The notes under the pieces were generated by a model. It ran no database searches, had not been told where the DNA came from, and saw only the letters and a list, made by a program, of their open reading frames with translations. Shown here one piece after another: positions 1-6,711 of a stretch of 18,895 nt of DNA (position 1 is its first letter; each line of letters begins with the position of its first letter). A program made the position numbers and the translations under genes. The stretch comes from Candidatus Nanohaloarchaea archaeon (lineage in GTDB: Archaea > Nanohalarchaeota > Nanosalinia > Nanosalinales > Nanosalinaceae): contig JBEQBQ010000018.1 of the NCBI GenBank assembly GCA_041639695.1, forward strand, positions 1-18,895, in the 5' to 3' direction.

Positions 1-764
1 AAGCCAAGAAGCAGGTAGAGGAAGAACTAGAATCAGTAGACTTCGAAACCCAGAAACACGGTGTAGTAGTGAAAGCGGACTCTCTAGGATCTCTAGAAGC
101 AGTTATGAGAGAGATAGGTGATATACCAGTTCAGAAGGCTGATGTAGGACCTATTACAAAGAGCGATGTAATTAACGTCCAGAATGAAGAGCCGGAAGAA
201 CAAGCAATTCTTGCATTCAACGTTAAAATGACTGAACAGGGTGAAAAAGCAGTAGAGAATGAAGGGGTTCAGGTGTTCTCAAGTGAGGTTATCTATGAGA
301 TAGTCGAGAACTACCAGGAATGGAAAAAAGAACTGAAAGAGAAGAACCGAGAGGAAAGACTCAACTCGATTTCAAGGCCTGCCAAAATCCGTTCGATGCC
401 TGATCACATCTTCAACCAAGCAAAACCGGCAGTTATCGGCGTAAAAGTTGTTGAAGGTGTTTTAACCCCTGGTTCGGTTCTAATGTCTATTGATGGCGAC
501 AGGATAGGCCGTGTGAAATCGGTTCAGGCCGAGAACGATTCGCTTGACAAGGCCGAAAGAGGATCAGAAGTCGCAGTCTCAATTTCCGGGGCTACCGTCG
601 GAAGAAGCTTCGAGGAAGGAGATACTATGATAGTCGATGTCTCGGGGGACGACTACCGTGAACTTAGGAGTCTAGATGATCTTTTAGAAGAAGGAGAGAA
701 GAACGTGTTAGAGGAAATAGTGGAGATTAAGGACCGGAAGGATCCTCACTGGAAGATCGGGTAG
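1..764 (+). CDS. infB: Translation initiation factor aIF5B/IF2, C-terminal part (5' end outside window)
   Basis: Frame open from nt 3 (AKKQVEEELESVDFETQKHGVVVKADSLGSLEA); motifs KADSLGSLEA, ILAFNV, VIYEIVE, PAVIGVKVVEG, EVAVSI typical of IF2 domains III-IV. The track start at 69 is internal. Confidence 0.95.
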   Translation, partial: AKKQVEEELESVDFETQKHGVVVKADSLGSLEAVMREIGDIPVQKADVGPITKSDVINVQNEEPEEQAILAFNVKMTEQGEKAVENEGVQVFSSEVIYEIVENYQEWKKELKEKNREERLNSISRPAKIRSMPDHIFNQAKPAVIGVKVVEGVLTPGSVLMSIDGDRIGRVKSVQAENDSLDKAERGSEVAVSISGATVGRSFEEGDTMIVDVSGDDYRELRSLDDLLEEGEKNVLEEIVEIKDRKDPHWKIG

Positions 765-1559
765 CTACTCTGTTTTTGCATCAAACTTTCTACGTGTCTC
801 AGGTCCGAAAGGCATCAACTCATAATGAGCCCTGATTTCTTTCGAGACACCCCAGCTCATAGGGTGGTAGTAAGGTGCGAGAACTGCGTGGGGTGCACCA
901 GCGGTATGACCCCAGTTATGGATTAACTGGTTGCCTACGTACTCCCAAGAACGAGTGTTGCATACTGCGAAAACATCTTCTTCAACTTTCGTACCTTTAT
1001 AGTATCCGAACTCTGTTTCGAAAGGAGCCACTATACCGGTATAACCTTCTTCAATACTTGAGCCCAACATTCTCTTAATCTCGGAATAAGCTTCGTTACC
1101 TTCGTTATCAAGGTCTTTAACGTCGTATGACTCTAAAATCTCCATAACATCTTCATCGGGATCTAATTGGTAGAAGTTGAGGTCTACTTCAATATCTCCT
1201 AATGATTCTATGTATGGTTCAAGTTCTCTGCCTGCCTCGCTCAGATCTTTAGGGGCCATGCTTATTCCGGCTAACTTAGTGTTGAACGGAAGATCGGAAC
1301 GCTGGCCTCCGATCGCTTCATCGCCTAGAACGTAAATATCTATGTTGTTGGTTCCTTCTGAGGCTTTCTGGGCTTCTTCTGTACCGTGATCGCTAGGAAT
1401 TCCGATTTCGTTGACACCTATCTGTCTATAAGCGTTGATAGCGGTGTCGGAAGAGTGGAGGCCGGCCCAATATTTCATGCCTGTGGCTCCGGTTCCTAGA
1501 AATTTTCTGCGGCTAATCGAAGTTAAAGGTTCTAGATTACCGCGTTCATCGTCCTTCAT
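765..1559 (-). CDS. Metzincin-like protein with twin-arginine motif, catalytic Glu replaced by Asn
   Basis: N-terminal SRRKFL (1497-1514); HNWGHTAGAPH (888-920) matches HExxHxxGxxH except E->N; downstream YHPMSW resembles a Met-turn. Confidence 0.65.
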   Translation of the reverse strand: MKDDERGNLEPLTSISRRKFLGTGATGMKYWAGLHSSDTAINAYRQIGVNEIGIPSDHGTEEAQKASEGTNNIDIYVLGDEAIGGQRSDLPFNTKLAGISMAPKDLSEAGRELEPYIESLGDIEVDLNFYQLDPDEDVMEILESYDVKDLDNEGNEAYSEIKRMLGSSIEEGYTGIVAPFETEFGYYKGTKVEEDVFAVCNTRSWEYVGNQLIHNWGHTAGAPHAVLAPYYHPMSWGVSKEIRAHYELMPFGPETRRKFDAKTE

Positions 1560-1599
1560 CCTTCAGAAGATATGTTTAGAAACTTTTAGAACCTTTCGA

Positions 1600-1674
1600 T
1601 GGACTCTCTGGGATTTGAACCCAGGGCCTTCTCCGTGCCAGGGAGACGTTCTCGCCAGACTGAACTAAGAGCCC
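1600..1674 (-). tRNA. tRNA-Ala(GGC), no encoded CCA
   Basis: Minus strand GGGCTCT-TA-GTTC-AGTCTGGCGA-GAAC-G-TCTCC-CT-GGC-AC-GGAGA-AGGCC-CTGGG-TTCAAAT-CCCAG-AGAGTCC-A: full cloverleaf, G3:U70 Ala identity pair, A73. Confidence 0.97.
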
Positions 1675-1782
1675 TTCTTATGTATAAACCAAATTCTGAG
1701 GTAAAGCCTAAATAACCCATGAACTTTAGGACATTATTAAGCGTTGGCAGGTAAGCTCCCGTTTATATACATTAAGAAACTC

Positions 1783-2520
1783 TTAATTCTTGTTTTTAAT
1801 CTTGGAAACGTATTTATCTGCGAGCCTTGTTGGCTCCGGCAGTTTGTGTTCTTTACAGAAATTCTCAACTATTTTTACTGAGGTATCTGCACTTACCCTA
1901 TGGCCGGGACTGATGATCAGAGGGTTTATGTAGGTTGAAGGATTATCGTACTGCCGTGATTGATATGCAAAACCGACCAGTTCGCCATGGTAAGCTGCCA
2001 TATCTTCGTTTGACTTTATCGAGATCTTTTCTTTCTCTTCAAGCCTGTTTTCGAGATCTTCTTCGGGTTCTCCGCATAGAAGGTTTTTAGCCACTCCGAT
2101 ACTCGGTTTGTTGTACAGAACTCCGATGTGGGTTGCGATTCCGGCCTGCCGGAAATGTATTCTTCCGGAACCGTCAAGCATCAAAAGATCGGGTTCAACT
2201 GAAAGTTTCTCAAGGGCTTTGACTATCGAAGGTGCTTCCCTAAAAGCAAGAAAGCCAGGTATGTACGGCATTTCGAGGTCGGAGACGCCGTGTACCTTTT
2301 CGACCACCTCTCCGTTCTTAATCGCTACTGCTGCGCTAATTGCCTTTTCATCGGTAAAAGCCTGGTCTATACCTACAACTGTTTTTTCGTTTATTTTGTC
2401 TGGTTTAAACCCTAGTTTATCTGAGAAAATGGCTTTCCCGCTTATTTTTGTCTGTAGTTGCTTCATCTGCCCCTTTGAGACAGACGGGTCGGCTAAGAAT
2501 TCTCGATGTTCGATCTTCAT
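1783..2520 (-). CDS. nfi: Endonuclease V (deoxyinosine 3'-endonuclease)
   Basis: GIDQAF, PYIPGFLAFRE wedge motif, DGSGRIH, GIATHIG, GVAK, SPGH, KLPEPTRLAD. Confidence 0.95.
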   Translation of the reverse strand: MKIEHREFLADPSVSKGQMKQLQTKISGKAIFSDKLGFKPDKINEKTVVGIDQAFTDEKAISAAVAIKNGEVVEKVHGVSDLEMPYIPGFLAFREAPSIVKALEKLSVEPDLLMLDGSGRIHFRQAGIATHIGVLYNKPSIGVAKNLLCGEPEEDLENRLEEKEKISIKSNEDMAAYHGELVGFAYQSRQYDNPSTYINPLIISPGHRVSADTSVKIVENFCKEHKLPEPTRLADKYVSKIKNKN

Positions 2521-2768
2521 GAACTCTCTTTTGGCTATGATACTTATCTAAATTGTTTCTAGTGACTTCTGCTTTCTTTTCACCCGTAGTGAATTCCCGG
2601 AACTTCGATGGTTCTCAGATTTTCGTCCCTGTTTGAAAACTCGTCAGTGTTTAAAGCATCCACCCTGCATTCGAGTCACTTTATATGAACATATTTCAGA
2701 TAAACCTTAAGTATGATTCGATAAACTTGGTTTTTGTCTGGTAAATTGTAGGTAATTCATTATTTTCT

Positions 2769-2792
2769 TTCGAAGATCGTAGAATTATTAAA
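2769..2792 (+). promoter_or_regulatory. dapA-like promoter: Lrp/LysM-type operator abutting the TATA box
   Basis: TTCGAAGATCGTAGAA (2769-2784) followed directly by TTATTAAA (2785-2792); SD-like TGGTGA at 2818-2823; near-identical motif in the lrp promoter. Confidence 0.7.
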
Positions 2793-2830
2793 GTTTTCTA
2801 AATTAAACTAGTTCTACTGGTGACAAAAAA

Positions 2831-3772
2831 ATGACTGAATTTCAACCCGAAGGCATCTATCCAGCGGTACCTACCGCAATAGACGACGATGGATCTATTA
2901 GCTACGAAGCACAGCAAAACCACTTAGAATACATAGAAGAAAACGGCGTCCAAGGAGCAGTACTAGCCGGCTGTACAGGCCACGCGGCCACTCTGGGCGA
3001 TCGACCTGGAGAAGACCTCTACGACGAACACGTAGAATTCGTGGCAAGGAACACTGAGGCCACAGACCTCCCTATCATAGCAGGGGATGGAATGAATTCT
3101 ACCGCTCAAACAATAGAACTAGCTCAGAGAATAGAGGACGAGGCCGATATAGAAGCCCACCTAATGATCTCACCCTATCAGAACTGTCCTCCACAAGACC
3201 TGAACGTAAGACATTATAAGGAGGTTGCCTCAGAACTTGATCAACCGATTATAGCCTATAATGTTCCCGGAAGAACAGGCAGAAATCTTGAACCGGATAC
3301 CATTATGGAGCTGGCAGAGATTCCGGGAGTAATCGGCGTAAAGGAAGCATCCAACGATCCCGAACAGATAAGAGAAATTGGAAGAAGGCTTGAAGAAAAT
3401 AGTTACGATGACTTCTTTTTTGGATCGGGTGACGACGCTAGGAACCATCTAGTTTATGATGTCGGAGGAAGCTTCGCCATCAGTGTAACAGGCAATATTG
3501 CGCCTGAAGAAACTGTTGAGGTCTGGAGGGAAGGCTACCTAGAAGACAATCCTGGAGAAGCCGAAAGAATGAATGATGAACTGGATGACCTGCATGAGGC
3601 CATGTTCCAAGAAGGTGAGAAGAATCCGATTTCCGTCCAGTACGCTGTGAACCAGCTAGGCTTCGACTTTGGAACTCCGAGAATGCCGCTTGACAGACCG
3701 CCTAGAGAAGACGAAGAGTTCCAAAACAGGACGGAAATAGAAGAAGAGATGGCCGATCAAGGTCTTCTCTAA
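2831..3772 (+). CDS. dapA: DapA/NAL-family class I aldolase (dihydrodipicolinate synthase-like) with atypical active site
   Basis: GIYPAVPT, GCTGH (canonical GTTGE), IIAGDG, YNVPGRT, Schiff-base Lys in GVKEAS, SGDD, ISVTGN, NP, RMPL. Confidence 0.8.
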   Translation: MTEFQPEGIYPAVPTAIDDDGSISYEAQQNHLEYIEENGVQGAVLAGCTGHAATLGDRPGEDLYDEHVEFVARNTEATDLPIIAGDGMNSTAQTIELAQRIEDEADIEAHLMISPYQNCPPQDLNVRHYKEVASELDQPIIAYNVPGRTGRNLEPDTIMELAEIPGVIGVKEASNDPEQIREIGRRLEENSYDDFFFGSGDDARNHLVYDVGGSFAISVTGNIAPEETVEVWREGYLEDNPGEAERMNDELDDLHEAMFQEGEKNPISVQYAVNQLGFDFGTPRMPLDRPPREDEEFQNRTEIEEEMADQGLL

Positions 3773-4180
3773 CTATCTTTCCCTCTTTTTCAGAACCATA
3801 AATGTTCTAGTAGACTTTACGCCATCAATTGCTCTTATTTCATCAACTGCCTCGTTTATCGCTTCCGATGAAGATCTGGAAATCTGAATTGAAAGATCAT
3901 ATTCTCCTGCTAGCTCTCTTACCTGTATATCTTCCGGGAAACCTTCTATAATATCGTCTATATCGCTTCCTGTAGCTACCTCAACCATTACCTCGGCTTC
4001 TACCGCCGATTCGTCTGAAATATCCACAGTAAACCTTTCTATAGTGCCTTTTTCCTGCATTCTTTCTACACGGTTCCTGACCGTGCCCTCGGAAACACCT
4101 ATTTTTTCCGCCACTTTGGTGTAAGATGCTCTACCATCTTCTTCAAGTATATCCAGAATTTTTCGATCGGTCTCGTCCAT
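3773..4180 (-). CDS. lrp: Lrp/AsnC transcriptional regulator, LysM-like subfamily
   Basis: MDETDRKIL..DGRASY..GVSEGTVRNRV HTH; IERFTV linker; short RAM domain with GEYDL and INEAVDEIRAIDGV. Confidence 0.92.
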   Translation of the reverse strand: MDETDRKILDILEEDGRASYTKVAEKIGVSEGTVRNRVERMQEKGTIERFTVDISDESAVEAEVMVEVATGSDIDDIIEGFPEDIQVRELAGEYDLSIQISRSSSEAINEAVDEIRAIDGVKSTRTFMVLKKRER

Positions 4181-4205
4181 AAAACATAGTTTCTGTTTGA
4201 GAACT

Positions 4206-4232
4206 GTTAAAGTTTCTTCGAACTTCGAAGAA
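4206..4232 (-). promoter_or_regulatory. lrp promoter with perfect 9-bp inverted-repeat operator over the BRE
   Basis: TTCTTCGAA-C-TTCGAAGAA (4214-4232), next to the minus-strand TATA-like CTTTAAC (4212-4206), about 25 nt before the ATG at 4180. Confidence 0.75.
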
Positions 4233-4233
4233 C

Positions 4234-4866
4234 TCAGTAGTCGACAAGCTGTACCTCTTCAACCTCTTCAACTCCGCCCTCATCCCCGATAGTCACGGAG
4301 AAGGCTTTCCCGGTTTCTTCTCCAGCCGCATTAAGTACCTTCGTTCCTAGAAGCGATCGTTCGCCGAAGTCCTCGTGTACGTGTCCGTTCATCCATAGTG
4401 CGGGTCGGTGTTTCAGAATCATTTCTCTGAACTGTTCGAACCCGATTCTTCTGCCTGAATGGATTAGATCTCCAAGCTTGTGCGGTGGGTAGTGTGATCC
4501 TACTATTACTTTGTCCATGTCGTGGTCTTCAACTATCTCCTCAAACTGTTCTTTGACATCGTCCGGGAAGTCACCTCCAATCAAAACCAGTAGGTATTCA
4601 TCGTCGATATCGGCCTGTAGAAAGTCGTAGACAGGTACATCGTCGCCCTGGATGAAGTCCTCGGAGAACATCATGTCCCTGTTTCCTGTAGTACCTAGAC
4701 CGGGTATATCTATCTCTTCAAAAAGTTCCTCGGCGTACTCTTCGTTCATGTAGTCGCCTAGGTTTAGGAAAAGGTCGTAGTCTCCGGAGTTTGCTTCTTC
4801 GATAGCTGCTTCTTTCAGATCTTCCTTTGCGTGGAAGTCGCTGGTGACAAGGATTTTGAGCGACAT
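4234..4866 (-). CDS. Calcineurin-like metallophosphoesterase (Icc-related)
   Basis: SDFH, LGD, GNRD, SHYPP, GHVHE motifs in the canonical order. Confidence 0.88.
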   Translation of the reverse strand: MSLKILVTSDFHAKEDLKEAAIEEANSGDYDLFLNLGDYMNEEYAEELFEEIDIPGLGTTGNRDMMFSEDFIQGDDVPVYDFLQADIDDEYLLVLIGGDFPDDVKEQFEEIVEDHDMDKVIVGSHYPPHKLGDLIHSGRRIGFEQFREMILKHRPALWMNGHVHEDFGERSLLGTKVLNAAGEETGKAFSVTIGDEGGVEEVEEVQLVDY

Positions 4867-4922
4867 AAAATTAAAGTTGAGCCAATATTTTTAACTCCAC
4901 TTCTCCCTGCTTCGAACAAGGA

Positions 4923-5507
4923 ATGAAACAAAAATTCTTCCTAGAAAAGCTTCCGGAAAGTTTTTCATGGCGTGAATGCTATGAGCTCTACCTTTTAGTT
5001 GAGGAAGAGCGTCCAGGAGCTCTGATCATGGATCCGGGATCTGAAGATCTCGAACTCTTGAAAGATTTTGCCGACAGTTTCGATCTCTATTTTGCTGTCA
5101 AATCCTCTGATAGAGGCCTTTCAAAACAGGGTTTCTTCGCTACCCGTGATAGAGAACGGCTTGAGATGCTTGAATCCGAAGGAAGGTTTTACGGTCTCTC
5201 GGATCGATCGGTCGGAAACTTCCTTGGTTATCCTGAAACCTCCATAGATTACTTCGAAGACAATATTGGCGGGAAACCAATAGAACAGGAGGTCAGGGAA
5301 AAACTGTCGGAACTGGTTGAGAAAGGAGTTGTCGAGAAAGAAGAAGTTAATGTTTTGGAGACTGTTTGTTTCGTTCCCGCAGCGAGAAAGAAATCTATAC
5401 TTGAAGCCTTGGAACTGGGTGAGGAAAGAATGGAAAGGCTGGAAAAAAGTCAGATAGGCTCGAAACTTGTAGAAAAACTGCTGCAGAATCCTATCTATTC
5501 CGTTTAG
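4923..5507 (+). CDS. Hypothetical protein with GxFLGYP motif (DUF483/DUF3793-like)
   Basis: 194-aa acidic ORF; VGNFLGYPETSIDYF; TATA-like T-run/TAA near 4887-4894. Family assignment is weak. Confidence 0.6.
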   Translation: MKQKFFLEKLPESFSWRECYELYLLVEEERPGALIMDPGSEDLELLKDFADSFDLYFAVKSSDRGLSKQGFFATRDRERLEMLESEGRFYGLSDRSVGNFLGYPETSIDYFEDNIGGKPIEQEVREKLSELVEKGVVEKEEVNVLETVCFVPAARKKSILEALELGEERMERLEKSQIGSKLVEKLLQNPIYSV

Positions 5508-6263
5508 TCGTCAGCCTCTGCTTTATTCTGTAATTCGTCTGTCTCAGTCGGTTCTGGTGAATCGTCAAAGTAATCTTCCTCATATACGTCTCTCAACATC
5601 TTCATCCTTGCTACGTAATGAGATTTAAGTCCGGAATCCTCAAGGAAGTCGTTTAATGACCCGCATTTATCTCTGACTTGTCTCTTTGAAACAGCGTGAT
5701 CGCTTTCATGTAATTCTGTCGCGGTTGGTGCTTCTCCGTTCTCGTAAAGCATTTCGCGGCCGATATGTTCAATTATGTCCTTTCCGTATTCTTTCCTGTT
5801 GGGTTCAAAGCCTGCCATGACGAGTGCGTTGTTCATATGTCCGAAGTATTCTTGACAAGTCATTCTAGAGGTGAGGTTGTTGTTCTTCAGGTATTCGCCT
5901 GTTGGTGTTTCTCCTGTTAGTTCGCCAACTGCTTTCAGTATTCCTACGATTTTCTGTCGGTCCTGCCATCTGCTATCCTGTTTCTCCAGTCTTTCCTCAA
6001 ACTTGGAGAGCATTAACGGAGGGGCGTACCTTTTTACAGTGTATTCATTTGCTTTGGCGACTCTGGCAGTTTCCAGCAAATCAAACTTGTCTTCGTTCTC
6101 TCTCCAGAAAAGTTGTTTTTGTTCACCTTCTATTTCAACGTCTTCCCAGTCTCTCTAGGGCTTCAAACAGTGCTTCTTCTATTCCATTATTCTGCTGTTC
6201 GTATATAGCGACTTGCTTGGCGTATTCGTCTCCCAGCTTGATGTCAAACTTCTCGTTGGGCAC
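5504..6263 (-). pseudogene. Frameshifted gene with two homing-endonuclease-associated (HNH_repeat-like) repeats
   Basis: Repeats GETPT..EY..YFGHMNNALVMAG and GEAPT..EL..KCGSLNDFLEDSG. A 42-codon ORF (GTG 6263 to TGA 6135) behind a TATA box overlaps the main frame, which is open from 6154; the junction is at AGAGAGA (6156-6150). Confidence 0.65.
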
Positions 6264-6305
6264 TTCAGTAAACTAGATAAAGAGGTTTTTAATACTGTTT
6301 GGTAG

Positions 6306-6629
6306 TTAATCTTCCGAGTGTTCGAGAGACTCAAGTCCATAGCTCATAGTCGCCCCGGCCCTCACCTGAGAAGCTATCTGTATAATATGGGCGATTTCCT
6401 CGTCCGTAGCGCCGTGTTTTATGGCTTTCTGGCCGTGTGTATGCACACAGTACTGGCACTGAGTGGCTGCAGCCGCCGCCAGTCCTAGAAGTTCGCGCGT
6501 CTTGTCATCAAAAACCGATTCCTCGGCAATCGAGTTCTTCCAGTTCTTGTAATACTCCATCATCTCGGGCGAATTTTCTCTGAACTTTTTCGCGGCATCC
6601 ATATGATCTTGGTTGAAAGGCGAGCTCAT
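6306..6629 (-). CDS. AhpD/carboxymuconolactone decarboxylase family protein (CxxC)
   Basis: DDKTRELLGLAAAAATQCQYCVHTH...GATDEEI signature. Confidence 0.92.
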   Translation of the reverse strand: MSSPFNQDHMDAAKKFRENSPEMMEYYKNWKNSIAEESVFDDKTRELLGLAAAAATQCQYCVHTHGQKAIKHGATDEEIAHIIQIASQVRAGATMSYGLESLEHSED

Positions 6630-6673
6630 ATACCAATCTGGTGGCAGTCTGAATAAAAGAGAGTGCCATTATA

Positions 6674-6691
6674 GAAAACTGTTTTATTTAG
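6674..6691 (+). promoter_or_regulatory. BRE/TATA promoter for the large surface protein (leaderless)
   Basis: GAAAACTG then TTTTATTTA, about 21 nt before the ATG at 6712. Confidence 0.55.
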
Positions 6692-6711
6692 GCGTCTCGC
6701 TTCCAAAATTA

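Noticed and set aside
761-768. Palindrome GTAGCTAC at the infB junction
   Set aside because: Mostly produced by two abutting convergent TAG stop codons.
1435-1668. 77-aa plus-strand ORF
   Set aside because: Antisense to tRNA-Ala and the zincin-like gene.
4901-4916. Third possible Lrp operator (minus strand TTCGAAGCAGGGAGAA)
   Set aside because: Only one half-site, and spacing to the TATA box differs from the two good copies.
6613-6711. Track start of the large surface protein at 6613
   Set aside because: Overlaps the AhpD gene and buries the signal peptide; ATG 6712 fits the promoter.
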